From: Mobula hypostoma
Lineage: Eukaryota
Length of the DNA: 64,000 bases
NCBI RefSeq assembly: GCF_963921235.1
Contig: NC_086097.1
Location: 27,282,001 to 27,346,000 of the forward strand
Direction: 5' to 3'
This document shows, piece after piece, positions 11,398-23,074 of this stretch. The position numbers and the translations under genes were made by a program. How positions within the stretch are numbered: position 1 is the stretch's first letter; the number at the start of each line of letters is the position of its first letter. Below the pieces are notes generated by a model. That model was not told the origin of the DNA. It did not search any database and worked only from the letters and a program-made list of their open reading frames with translations.

Positions 11398-13040
11398 CTG
11401 GATACTAGCAGAATTCCTGATGTTGTAGTGTGTGAAGGAAGAGAAGCGGGTGCAGTTACTAATACAAGAGAGAAGGTGCTCAAAAAGCTGAAAGATCTAA
11501 GTCACCCAGACCAGATGAACTGCATACTAGGATTCTGAAAGAGGTAGCAATAGAGATTGTGGTGGCATTAGAAATTACCTTTCAGAAATCATTGGACTCT
11601 GGCATGGTGCCAGAGGACCGGAAAATTGCAAATGTCATTCCATTCTTTAAGAAAGGAGGAAGGTAGCAGAAAGGAAATTATAGACCAGTTAGCCTGACCT
11701 CAGTGGTTGGGAAGATGTTGAGTCAACTGTTAAGGATAAGGTGATGGAGTATTTGGTGACACAGGACAAGATAGTACAAAAGTTGGCATGGTTTCCTTCA
11801 GGGAAAATCTTGCCTGACACACCTATTGGAATTCTTTGAGGAGATTACAAGTATAATAGATAAAGGGAATGCAGTGGATGTTGTATATTTGGACTTTCAG
11901 AAGGCCTTTGACAAGGTGCCACACGTGAGGCTGCTTACCAAGTTAAGAGCCCATGGTATTACAGATAAGTTACTAACAAGGTTAGAGCATTGGCTGATTG
12001 GTAGGAGGCAGCGAGTGGGAATAAAAGGATCCTTTCCTGGTTGGCTGCCAGTGACTAGTGGTGATCCATAGGGGTCGGTTTTGGTACCACTTCTCTTTAT
12101 GTTGTATATAAATGATTTAGATGAGGGAATAGATGGCTTTGTTGCCAAGTTTGCAGATGATACAAAGATTGGTGGAGGATCAGGTAGTGTTGAGGAAACA
12201 GGTAGGATGCAGAAGGACTTAGACAGATTAATAGAATGGGCAAGAAAGTGGCAAATGAAATACAATGTTGGAAAATGCATGGTCATGCATTTGGTAGTAG
12301 AAATAAATGTGTGGACTATTTTCTAAATGGGGAGAACATCCAGGAATCTGAGATGCAAAGGGACTTGACAGTCCTTGTGCAGAACACCCTGAAGGTTAAC
12401 TTGTAGGTTGAGTCAGTGGTGAGGAAGGCAAATGCCATATTAGCATTCATTTCAAGAGGTCTGGAATACAAGAGAAAGGATGTGATGATGCTGAGGCTTT
12501 ATAAGGCACTGGTGAGGCCTCACCTTGAGTATTGTGAACAGTTTTGGGCCCCTCATCTCTGAAAAGGTGTGCTGGCATTGGAGAGGGTCCAGAGGAGGTT
12601 CACAGGGATCATTCCAGGAATGAAAGGGTTACCATACAAGGAACGTTTGATGGCTCTGGGTCTGTACTCGCTGGAATTCAGAAGGATGAAGGGGGATCTC
12701 ATTGAAACCTTCTGAATGTTGAAAGGCCTGGACAGAGCAGATGTGGAAAGGATGTTTCCCATGGTGGGAGAGTCTAGGACAAGAGGGCACAGCCTCAGGA
12801 TAGAGGGGCGCCCTTTCAAAACAGAGATGTTGAGAAATTTCTTTAGCCAAAGGGTGGTGAATATGTGGAATTCATTGCCACAGGTGGCTGTGGAAGCCAA
12901 ATCATCAGGTACATTTAAGGTGAAGGCTCATAGAAGGCAGCAGATTGTACTGAGAGGGAAACTGGATCAGCCATGATGAAATGGTGGAGAAGACTCGATG
13001 GGCTGAATGGCCTAATTCTGCTCCTATATCTTATGATCTT
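11398..13040 (+). mobile_element. CR1 LINE, degraded RT domain to 3' tail
   Basis: VDVVYLDFQKAFDKVPH, FVAKFADDTK, RTRGHSLRI motifs in frameshifted ORFs; CR1 tail near 13000-13040. Confidence 0.9.
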
Positions 13041-14331
13041 CTAGTCTTTTGGTTTGCTGCTCTAGATTCCCACTATGTGTGTGATTCAAGCATTTAGTCA
13101 ACTGCACTGATTTTGCCAAACTCCCCTGGATTTTTTGGCAACCTTATTATTGGCTCAGTTTCAGTCTCCAGCCTCCAGCAGACTCTGATTCGCAGATGTT
13201 GGGCCTTCGATTTCCCCAGGGTACTCAGAGAGATGCAGTGCTTCCTTTGTGGAATGTACTTTCCTTCTTGGGTCAGGAGGCCAAATCCGGACCCCACCAC
13301 CCTCAATTCCCCCCAACAACTTCTGACCGGTAACATTGGAGGATGAGGTACTCAGTTCTATTCAGCATTTCTTGTTCTGACTTGAGTAGTAGCGATAATC
13401 AGAGATTACCTTTATTTGAAACATGTACTTTGAAACATACAGTGAAATATGCATCTGCCTGACCATCTTGTACGTAACCTCTTGTGTTTATGATTTGCTG
13501 CTCCACTGTGGTCTCTTTGAGGTACGCCTACCCTGAAGGGGAGGCCAACCTGTGGCAGAGGAAATTATTTCAAGCAGGTGAGATAGCACGTAGCTCCAGG
13601 CTCAAGGACAGCTTCTACCCCACTGTTGTCAGACTCTTGAATGACAAATTGGAACCTTGACCTCCTAAGCTACCTCATTATGATCTTGCACATTGTTGTT
13701 TACCCGCACTGCACTTTTCTTCTTGCCGCTGCCATTGGGAAGGAGGCACAGGAGCCTTTAGTCCCACACCACCAATTTCAGAAACTGTAACTACCCTTCA
13801 ACCATCAGGCTCCTGTACCAGAGTGGATAACTTCACTCACCTCAACTCTGAACTGATTCCATAACCTATAGACTCACTTCATGGACTCTACAACTCATGT
13901 TCTCCATATTATTTATTACTTATTTATCTATTATTATTATTTTGAATTTTTTTGTATTTGCAGTCTGTTGTCTTTTGCACATTGGTTGTTTTGCCTGTCT
14001 TTGTGTATTCTTTTTTCATCGATTCTATTGTGTTTCATTGTATTTCCTGTGAATGTCCACAAAAATGAATCTCAGGATAAGATAAGGTGATATATATGTA
14101 CTTTGATAATAAATTCACATTGAACCTTCTCTGTAGCTGTTACAGTTTATTCTACATTGTTATTGTTTTGCCTTGTTCTCCCTCAATGCACTGTGTAATG
14201 ATCTAATCTGTACAAAATGTATGCAAGACAGGTAAACAACAGGAATTCTGCAGACACTGGAAATTCAAGCAACACACATCAAAGTTGCTGGTGAACGCAG
14301 CAGGCCAGGCAGCATCTCTAGGAAGAGGTGC

Positions 14332-14367
14332 AGTCGACGTTTCAGGCCGAGACCCTTCGTCAGGACT
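14332..14367 (-). ncRNA. Minimal type I hammerhead ribozyme motif (intact)
   Basis: AGTC CTGACGA AGG gtctcgg CCT GAAA CGTC GACT: helix I AGTC/GACT, core CUGANGA and GAAA, helix II AGG/CCT, loopless palindromic helix III (ACGT), GUC cleavage triplet. Confidence 0.8.
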
Positions 14368-14661
14368 AACTGAAGGAAGAGTGAGTAAGGGATTTGAAAG
14401 CTGGAGGGGGAGGGGGAGATCCAAAATGATAGGAGAAGACAGGAGGGGGAGGGATGGAGCCAAGAGCTGGACAGGTGATAGGCAAAAGGGGATACGAGAG
14501 GATCATGGGACAGGAGGCCTAGGGAGAAAGACGGGGGGGGGGGGGACCCAGAGGATGGGCAAGAGGTATATTCAGAGGGACAGAGGGAGAAAAAGGAGAG
14601 TGAGAGAAAGAATGTGTGCATAAAAATGAGTAACAGCTGGGGTACGAGGGGGAGGTGGGGC

Positions 14662-15765
14662 CTAGCGGAAGCTAGAGAAGTCAATGTTCATGCCATCAGG
14701 TTGGAGGCTACCCAGACGGAATATAAGGTGTTGTTCCTCCAACCTGAGTGTGGCTTCATCTTTACAGTAGAGGAGGCTGTGGATAGACATGTCAGAATGG
14801 GAATGGGATGTGGAATTAAAATGTGTGGCCACTGGGAGATCCTGCTTTCTCTGGCGGACAGAGCGTAGATGTTCAGCAAAGCGGTCTCCCAGTCTGCGTC
14901 GGGTCTCACCAATATATAAAAGGCCACATCGGGAGCACCGGACGCAGTATATCACCCCAGTCGACTCACAGGTGAAGTGATGCCTCACCTGGAAGGACTG
15001 TTTGGGGCCCTGAATGGTGGTAAGGGAGGAAGTGTAAGGGCATGTGTAGCACTTGTTCCGCTTACACGGATAAGTGCCAGGAGGGAGATCAGTGGGGAGG
15101 GATGGGGGGGACGAATGGACAAGGGAGTTGTGTAGGGAGCGATCCCTGCGGAATGCAGAGAGAGGGGGGGAGGGAAAGATGTGCTTAGTGGTGGGATCCC
15201 GTTGGAGGTGGCGGAAGTTACGGAGAATAATATGTTGGACCCGGAGGCTGGTGGGGTGGTAGGTGAGGACCAGGGGAACCCTATTCCTAGTGGGGTGGTG
15301 GGAGGATGGAGTGAGAGCAGATGTACGTGAAATGGGGGAGATGCGTTTAAGAGCAGAGTTGATAGTGGAGGAAGGGAAGCCCCTTTCTTTAAAAAATGAA
15401 GACATCTCCCTCGTCCTAGAATGAAAAGCCTCATCCTGAGAGCAGATGCGGCAGAGACGGAGAAATTGCGAGAAGGGGATGGCGTTTTTGCAAGAGACAG
15501 GGTGAGAAGAGGAATAGTCCAGATAGCTGTGAGAGTCAGTAGGCTTATAGTAGACATCAGTAGATAAGCTGTCTCCAGAGACAGAGACAGAAAGATCTAG
15601 AAAGGGGAGGGAGGTGTCGGAAATGGACCAGGTAAACTTGAGGGCAGGGTGAAAGCGCAGACTGGGAGACCGCTTTGCTAAACATCTACGCTCTGTCCGC
15701 CAGAGAAAGCAGGATCTCCCAGTGGCCACACATTTTAATTCCACATCCCATTCCCATTCTGACAT
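14662..15765 (-). CDS. PLE ORF fragment: RT C-terminus, Cys/His linker and GIY-YIG endonuclease (N-terminal ~36 aa come from the inverted arm)
   Basis: LPFLDLSV...VYYKPTDSHSYLDYSSSHP, CKRNKCYTC, GVIYCVRCSRCGLLYIGETRRRLGDRFAEH, E..LIFRLGSLQPDGMN; no stops over 367 aa. Confidence 0.85.
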   Translation of the reverse strand: MSEWEWDVELKCVATGRSCFLWRTERRCLAKRSPSLRFHPALKFTWSISDTSLPFLDLSVSVSGDSLSTDVYYKPTDSHSYLDYSSSHPVSCKNAIPFSQFLRLCRICSQDEAFHSRTREMSSFFKERGFPSSTINSALKRISPISRTSALTPSSHHPTRNRVPLVLTYHPTSLRVQHIILRNFRHLQRDPTTKHIFPSPPLSAFRRDRSLHNSLVHSSPPSLPTDLPPGTYPCKRNKCYTCPYTSSLTTIQGPKQSFQVRHHFTCESTGVIYCVRCSRCGLLYIGETRRRLGDRFAEHLRSVRQRKQDLPVATHFNSTSHSHSDMSIHSLLYCKDEATLRLEEQHLIFRLGSLQPDGMNIDFSSFR

Positions 15766-16184
15766 GTCTATCCACGGCCTCCTCTACTGTAAAGATGAAG
15801 CCACACTCAGGTTGGAGGAACAACACCTTATATTCCGTCTGGGTAGCCTCCAACCTGATGGCATGAACATTGACTTCTCTAGCTTCCGCTAGGCCCCACC
15901 TCCCCCTCGTACCCCAGCTGTTACTCATTTTTATGCACACATTCTTTCTCTCGCTCTCCTTTTTCTCCCTCTGTCCCTCTGAATATACCTCTTGCCCATC
16001 CTCTGGGTCACCCCCCCCCGTCTTTCTTCCCGGACCTCCTGTCCCATGATCCTCTCGTATCCCCTTTCGCCTATCACCTGTCCAGCTCTCGGCTCTATCC
16101 CTCCCCCTCCTGTCTTCTCCTATCATTTTGGATCTCCCCTTCCCCCTACAGCTTTCAAATCCCTTACTCACTCTTCCTCCAGTT

Positions 16185-16220
16185 AGTCCTGACGAAGGGT
16201 CTCGGCCTGAAATGTCGACT
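16185..16220 (+). ncRNA. Minimal hammerhead motif in the inverted pLTR (helix III C>T)
   Basis: agtcctgacgaagggtctcggcctgaaatgtcgact. Confidence 0.65.
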
Positions 16221-16354
16221 GCACCTCTTCCTACAGATGCTGCCTGGCCTGCTGCGTTCACCAGCAACTTTTATGTGTGTTGCAAGACAGGTTTTCACTG
16301 TATCTTGGTACACTTGGCAATGATAAATCAATACCGATACCAACATTGTATCAG

Positions 16355-16630
16355 TTAACGTAATGAAAGGGTTATTAGGAACAATTGATAGCTTTGGGCC
16401 TGTACTCACTGGAGTTTAGACGAATGAGAGGGAGATCTCATTGAAACCTATTGAATATTGAAAGGCCTGGATAGAATGGATGTGGAGTGGATGTTTCCTA
16501 TAGTGGATGAGTCTAGGATCAGAGGGCACATAGGATGGTCTGTTAGAACAGAGACGAGGAGGAATTTGTTTAGCAAGAGGGTGGTTAATCTGTGGAATTA
16601 ATTGCCACAGGTGGCTGTGGAGGCCAGGTC
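16355..16630 (+). mobile_element. CR1 LINE fragment
   Basis: gggcctgtactcactggagtttagacgaatgaga...ctgtggaattaattgccacag, matching the other CR1 copies. Confidence 0.75.
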
Positions 16631-18029
16631 AATCAGTTCCAGAGTCAGAGTCATACAACATATAAACAGGCCCTTCAGCCCAATTCATCCATGCTGGTCA
16701 TGGTGACAACTAAGCTAGCCCCATTTAGAAAGATAGATCGATAAATATTTTATTGATCTCAAAGGAAATTACAGTGTCACAGTAGCATTACAAGTGCACA
16801 GATATACAAATATTAGAAGAGAAGAAAGAATACAAAAATAAGATGTACAAGGTTTACAAGTCAAAGATTACAAGATTTACAAGATTTCCAAGTTCACACT
16901 GATAAGATGATAGTCTAAGAATCACAATAATATTATACAGTAACGGGTGCACAGTCACACCGTCCAGATAAGAAGTGAAAGTAGCATTTCACAGGGTGTC
17001 TGCGATAGCAGGGTATGGTAAGCAAAGCTAAACCAGAGCCCTGGTAACCAGAGGTTAACAACAGTCTAACAGGAGGGGGTCATCACTCTCCCGGTGACAG
17101 GTTGACTCATTATAGAGCCTAACGGCCGAGGGTAAGAATGACCTCATATAGCGCTCTTCGGAGACGCGCAGTTGTCTTAGTTTATTACTAAAGGTGCTCC
17201 TCAGTTCAGCCAAGGTGGCATGCAGAGGGTGAGAAACATTGTCCAGAATTGCCAGGATTTTCCGGGGGGGGGGGGGCATCCTGTGTTCTACCACAGCCAC
17301 CAACGTGTCCAGTTTGACTCCTATAACAGAGCCAGCCTTTCTAATCAGTTTATTGACCCTGTTGGCATCACCCGTGTTGATGCCATTGCCCCAGCACACC
17401 ATCACGTAGAAGATTGTACTGGCGACAACAGACTGGTGAACATGTGAAAGAGAGGCCTGCATACTCCAAAGGATCTCAGTCTCCTCAGGAAGTAGAGGTG
17501 ACTCTGGCCCTTCTTGTACAAGGCCTCTGTATTGGTGCTCCACTCAAGTCTATTAAACAGGTGCCCACCTGGGTACTTGTAGGTCCTCACCACATCCACG
17601 TCCTCACCATCAATAGTAACAGGGAGCAGTGCAGGTTTAGTCTTCCTAAAGTCCATCACCATCTCCTTTGTCTGACTGACGTTGAGCTGCAGATGATTCA
17701 GTTTGCACCATTTGACAAAGTTCTCCACCAGGGTCCTGTATTCATCCTCCCGTGCTCCCTTTATACACCAAACTATTGGTGAGTAATTAGAGAATTTCTG
17801 CAGATGACATGACTCAGTGTTGTATCTAAAGTCTGAGGTATTTGGGGTAAACAGGAAGGGAGCCAGTACAGTCCCCTGTGGGGCCCCAGTTCTGCTTATA
17901 ACCATGTCTGACACACAGCTCTGAAGCCACACAAGCTGTGGTCTGCCAGTCAGGTAATCTATTACCGCAACACACATCAAAGTTGCTGGTGCACGCAGCA
18001 GGCCAGGCAGCAACTTTAGAAAGAGGTAC

Positions 18030-18065
18030 AGTCGACGTTTCAGGCCGAGACCTTTCGTCAGGACT
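18030..18065 (-). ncRNA. Minimal hammerhead motif (core intact, one helix II mismatch)
   Basis: agtcctgacgaaaggtctcggcctgaaacgtcgact on the minus strand. Confidence 0.7.
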
Positions 18066-18243
18066 AGAAAGTCGAAGAGAGGATTTAAACTTCTTCGGTG
18101 TGGGCATCAGCGGAAGAGGCTTCGCAGTGGTAAATTTAAAAACGCAAACAACAGGAATTCTGCAGATGCTGGAAATTCAAGCAACGCACATCAAAGTTGC
18201 TGGTGAACGCAGCAGGCCAGGCAGCATCTCTAGGAAGAGGTAT

Positions 18244-18279
18244 AGTCGACGTTTCAGGCCGAGACCCTTCATCAGGACT
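18244..18279 (-). ncRNA. Minimal type I hammerhead ribozyme motif (intact, CUGAUGA core)
   Basis: agtcctgatgaagggtctcggcctgaaacgtcgact on the minus strand. Confidence 0.8.
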
Positions 18280-19513
18280 AGGTAATCCATTATTCAGGAT
18301 ACAATGGAAATGCCAACCTGCACTGAATGGAGCTTTCCCCCAGCAATGAGGACTGTATGGTATTGAAGGCACTTGAGAAATCAAAAAAACATGATCCTCA
18401 CAGTGCTGCCCTGCTTATCCAAATGGGAGTAGTTCAGCAGGTAGATGACAGCATTGTCAACTCCAATGTGCTCCTGGTAGGCAAACTGCAGGGGATCGAA
18501 GGCTGATCTGACCAGGGATCGGAGGTGAGCCAGGACCAGCCTCTCTGGGGTTTTTATGATGTGTGAGGTCGGGGCCACTGGATAGTAGTCATTCAGGACT
18601 TTTAGTCGGCCCTTCTTGGGTCCTGGGGCCACACGTGATGTTTTCCACTCAGTCAGGTCCGTTTCCAAGTTGAGACTCAGATTGAACATGCACTGGAGAA
18701 CTCCACACACTCCTTCAGGACCCTGGGGTTCACACCATCCGGTCCCGATGTTTTGTTGTGTCTGACTTTCCCCAGAGCCCTTCTCGCCTGCTCAGTAGTG
18801 AAGGTGAGGCCATGATGATAGGGGAGTTGTTGGGAGGTGAGGGCCGGAGGGAGGAGTGTTATCTGGACAATAACAATTGGTATGTGGAAGTGTGGATGGT
18901 GGGTGCAGGGGAAGGAGGGGTGTAGACAGTGGTAGCCTGTGTAGTTCATCCATAAGTTGAACTGGAGGAGAGGAGGTGTTGGAACTGAGGGAGCATTGGG
19001 TGCCCAGGCACCTGGGCTGATGTGCTGAGGGGGGTGTGAACAGGCAGGCAATTGTTGAACCTATTGAAGAATTGGTTCAACTCATTAGCCCATTCACAGC
19101 TGAATTCCAAGTCTCTACAGCTAGGCTGATTGAAGCCAATAATATTCTTCATGCCTCTCCACACCTCCTGTGTGCTACTGTGCTAAGGCTTGTTCTCCTT
19201 TAGCTCCCTCTGCACGTGTTTCAATTCCTCCCTGTCTCCTGATCCAAAGGCTCTCTTTTTGTGGTTGAGAAGTCTTCAGATCACTGGTGACCCATGGTTT
19301 GTTAGGGAAGCGTATGCCAAGTTACATATAAATAAGTAACTTGGCAAATCATGTAACTTATAAATCATGTATAATTCATATTAAGTTTATTTTAGCTTGT
19401 ATTTGTCATGTTTGTAATGTACTATGCTGCTTCTGCAATAAAAGCTAATTTTGATGGCATTTATGCCTGTGACAACGAACTGACATTTTAATTGCTCCAA
19501 TGTGCTCTGCATC

Positions 19514-21950
19514 ATAAGACCATAAGATATAGGAGCAGAAGTAGGCCATTCGGTCCAATGAGTCTGCTTCGCTATTCAATCATGGGCTGATCCAATTCTT
19601 CCATTCATCCCCACTCCTCTGCCTCCTCCCTGTAACCTTTGATGCCCTGGCTAATCAAGAAACTATCTATCTCTGCCTTAAATACACTCAATGACTTGGC
19701 CTCCACAGCCGCTCATGGCAACAAATTCCACAGATTTACCACCCTCTGACTAAAGTAATTTCTCCGCATCTCTGTTCTAAGTGGACATTCTTCAATCCTG
19801 AAGTCGTGCCCTCTTGTCCTAGACTCCTCTACCATGGGAAATAACTTTGTCATATCTAATCTGCTCAGGTCTTTTAACGTTTGGAATGTTTCTACGAGAT
19901 CCCCCCTCATTCTCCTGAACTCCAGGGAATACAGCCCAACAGCTGCCAGATGTTCCTCATATGGTAACCCTTTCATTCCATGAATCATTCTCGTGAATCT
20001 TCTCTGAACCCTCTCCAATGTCAGACTGTACACAATACTCCAAGTGTGGTTTCACAAATGCCTTATAGAGCCTCAACGTCACATCCTTGCCCTTACATTC
20101 CATACCTCTAGAAAATAATGCCAACATTGCATTCGCTTTCTTCACCACCGACTCAACCAGGAGGTTAATCTTTAGTTTGTCCTGCACAAGGACTCCTAAG
20201 TTCCTTTGCACCTCTGCATTTTGAATTCTCTCCCAATCTAAATAATAGTCTGCCCGTTTATTTCTTCCACCAAAGTGCACGACCATACACTTTCCAACAT
20301 TGTATTTCATTTGCCACTTCTTTGCCCATTCTCCTAAACTATCTAAGTCTCTCTGCAGGCTCTCTGTTTCCTCAACACTACCTGCTCCTCCACCTATCTT
20401 TGTATCATCAGCAAATTTAGCCACAAATCCATTAATCCCATAATCCAAATCATTGACATACATCATTAAAAAGCAGAGGTTCCAACAGCGAGTCCCTATG
20501 GAACTCCACTGGTAACCGGCAGCCAGCCAGAATAAGATCTTTTTATTCCCATTCTCTGTTTTCTGTCGATCAGCCAATGCTCCACCCATGCTAGTAATTC
20601 CACTGTAATTCCATGGGCTCTTATCTTGCTAAGCAATCTCATGTGTGGCACCTTGTCAAAGGCCTTCTGAAAATCCAAGAACACCACATTTACTGCATCT
20701 CCTTTGTCTACCCTGCTTGTAATTTCCTCAAGAAATTGCAGTAGGTTAGTCAGGAAGGATTTTCCTTTCAGGAAACCATGCTGGCTTTGGCCTATCTTGT
20801 CATGTGCCTCCAGGTATTCCATAATCTCATCCCTAACAATCGATTCCAACAACTTCCCAACCACTGATATTAGGCTAACAGGTCTATAGTTTCCTTTCTG
20901 CTGCCTCCCACCCTTCTTAAATAGCTGAGTAACATTTGCAATTTTCCAGTCATCCGGTACAATGCCAGAATCTATCAATTCTTGAAAGATCATTGTTAAT
21001 GACTCTGCAATCTCTTCAGCTACTTCCTTTAGAACCCGAGGGTTCATTCCATCAGGTCCAGGAGATTTACCCACCCTTTTTCCACTGAAATACCAACACA
21101 TTGGAATTTAGTTTCTCCTTCTCAAATTTCAAAGTGAACTCGATCATATTGTGATCACTGTTCCCTAAGGGTTCTTTAACCCTAAGCTCTCTTATCACCT
21201 CTGGATCATTGCACAACACCCAATCCAGCACAGCCTAGTGGGCTCAACAACAAGCTGTTCTAAAAATCCATCCCTTAGACATTCTACAACTTCTCTCTCT
21301 TGAAGTCCAGTACTGGCCTGGTTTTCCCAATCCACTTTCATGTTAAAATCCCCAACGATTATCATGACATTGCCCTTCTGACATGCCTTTTCTATCTCCT
21401 GCTGTAATTTGTAATCCACATCCCTGCTGCTGTTTAGAGGCCTGTATACAACTGAAAATGTTGTATTTGAATGCACGCAACATAAGAAATAAAATAGACG
21501 ATCTTGAAATTCAGCTACAGATCAGCAAATATGATGTTGCGGTCCTTTTACCCTTGCCAGTTCTTAACTCAGCCCATAGACTCTACACCTCCCAATCGTA
21601 TGTCATCTCTTTCTAATGATTTAATATTATTTCTTATATACAGGGCCACACCAGCCCCTCTGCCTACTAACCTGTCTTTCCAATGCACCGTATATCCTTG
21701 GACATTCAGCTCCCAATGGCAGCCATCCTTTAGCCAAGTTTCAGAGGTGGCCGCAACATCATACTTGTCAATCTGCAGCTGAATTTCAAGATCGTCCATT
21801 TTATTTCTTATGCTGCGTGCATTCAAATACAACACTTTCAGTCCAGTATTTATTGCTTTCTGTTTTAACTGCACCACACCTCTATTGCCCTGTAGCTCAT
21901 CCCACTGGCTGTGATTATGCCTCATCTCCCTGCCTGTTCTTTCTATCATC
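19514..21950 (-). mobile_element. CR1 LINE with APE endonuclease start, RT and 3' tail; internally deleted and rearranged
   Basis: LKVLYLNARSIRNK...SETWL (EN), KSPGPDG...NYRPVSL...LDFQKAFDKVPH, FADDTK; tail (tcttatgg) near 19515. Confidence 0.92.
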
Positions 21951-22069
21951 TCTGTTGGCATCCAGTGAGGCAGTTTTGAAGTGTAATCATTGCTATAATG
22001 CAGGATCCCTAAATGTACACAACAAGCTCCCACAAACAGCAGTAAGCAGCTAGTCGACTGAATAGCTGC

Positions 22070-22330
22070 AGCAAGCAGTGGGTGGAAAGCCAAGGCAATG
22101 CTGGAGCCTGGATAAGAAGGTGGAGGGAGCGGGAGGGAAGGAGTACAAGCTGGCAGGTGATATGTGAGACCAGGTAAGGGTTCTTTCCCCTTCCTCTACA
22201 GTCCTGATGAAGGGCGTTGGCCTGAAATGTTGACTGTTTATTCACTTCCATAGACGATGCCTGACCTGATGAGCTCCTCCAACATTTTGTGTGGGTTACT
22301 CTGGATTTCCAGTATCTTCAGAATCTCTTA
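22070..22330 (+). mobile_element. Older non-autonomous PLE 3' fragment with hammerhead remnant (22200-22235) and short inverted 5' part
   Basis: agtcctgatgaagggcgttggcctgaaatgttgact followed by ...ccatagacgatgcctgacctgatgagctcctcc tail. Confidence 0.7.
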
Positions 22331-22477
22331 CGTTAACAAGATGTACACTGAAGCAATGTTGTTTATTTGCTTTGATTTTCTCTGTGGATGGTCTCGTGGC
22401 CACATCCAATCCCAACCAGGTCTGGTAGCCATCGAGCAGGAGAAAGGCCTCGGATTGAACATTCCCCACAGTCAGAT

Positions 22478-22705
22478 TAGTGGTTGATGCTCACAACTCC
22501 AGAGATCTGGGTTCAATCCCGACCTCTGCTGCCATCTGTAAGGGGCTTGTATGTTCTCCTTGTGACTGCGTGGGTTTCCTCCCACATTCCAAAGACATAC
22601 AGGTTAGCAGGTTCACTGGTCACATGCATGTAATTGGGTGGTGTGAGGTAAGCTCATTTGGCCAGAAGGGCCTGTAACTCTGCTGTATCTCTGAATGAAA
22701 AAATA
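22478..22705 (+). mobile_element. V-SINE-type tRNA SINE
   Basis: gggttcaatccc B box; gtatgttctccttgtgactgcgtgggtttcctcccacattccaaagac. Confidence 0.7.
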
Positions 22706-22724
22706 GGACCATGCTGGGGAATGG

Positions 22725-23072
22725 AAACACAAGATATTCTGCAGATGCTGGAAACCTAGAGCAACACATACAGAACGTGGGAGGAACTGGGTGAGGCAGC
22801 ATCTGCTGGGGGAAGTGGACAGTCAATGTTTAAGGTTGAGACCCTTCATCAGGACTGGAAAGAAAGAGGGGAGATCACCAGCATAAGGAAGGGGCGCAGC
22901 AAGAGTTGGCGGGTGGTAGGTGGATCCAGAAGAGCAAGGATGAAAGGCAGATGCTGACGGGGACATTGGGAATGATGTGAGAAGATGGGAGGTGATTGAT
23001 GGAAGTGACAAAGGGCTGAAGAAGACAGAATCTGATAGGACTAGACAGTGAATGAAAGGAAGGAGGTGAAGA
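22725..23072 (-). mobile_element. Older PLE 3' fragment with decayed hammerhead (22821-22856)
   Basis: Same pLTR tail and purine/pyrimidine-skewed body as the element at 14234. Confidence 0.7.
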
Positions 23073-23074
23073 AG

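Larger units (their letters stand above)
14234..16280 (-). mobile_element. Penelope-like element, 5'-truncated, with inverted pLTR and 12-bp TSD
   Basis: Minus copy 14234-15655 (RT thumb, GIY-YIG, 3' end); plus-strand inverted copy 15656-16280; TSD tgcaagacaggt at 14222-14233 and 16281-16292. Confidence 0.92.
17965..18279 (-). mobile_element. Non-coding PLE-derived tandem cassette with two hammerheads and a 13-bp TSD
   Basis: Direct repeats of the pLTR end 214 bp apart; TSD aggtaatctatta (17952-17964) / aggtaatccatta (18280-18292). Confidence 0.85.
16730..19320 (-). mobile_element. Rex1/Babar-like LINE (degraded RT and 3' end), interrupted by a PLE cassette
   Basis: GPDGVNPRVLKEC, DPLQFAYQEHIGVDNAVIYLL, GAPQGTVLAPFLF...CHLQKFS, KTKEMVMDFRK-like motif, RYMRSFLPSAVRLYN; tail gagatcaataaa near 16745. 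Confidence 0.88.

Noticed and set aside
14203..16409. Recurrent small ORFs (SPDEGSRPETST, MLVNAAGQAAS)
   Set aside because: Translations of the non-coding PLE terminal repeat; the conservation is explained by the hammerhead RNA motif.
17965..18279. CRISPR-like array (36-nt partly palindromic repeats)
   Set aside because: Only two tandem copies embedded in longer repeats, vertebrate context, no cas genes; the motif fits a hammerhead.
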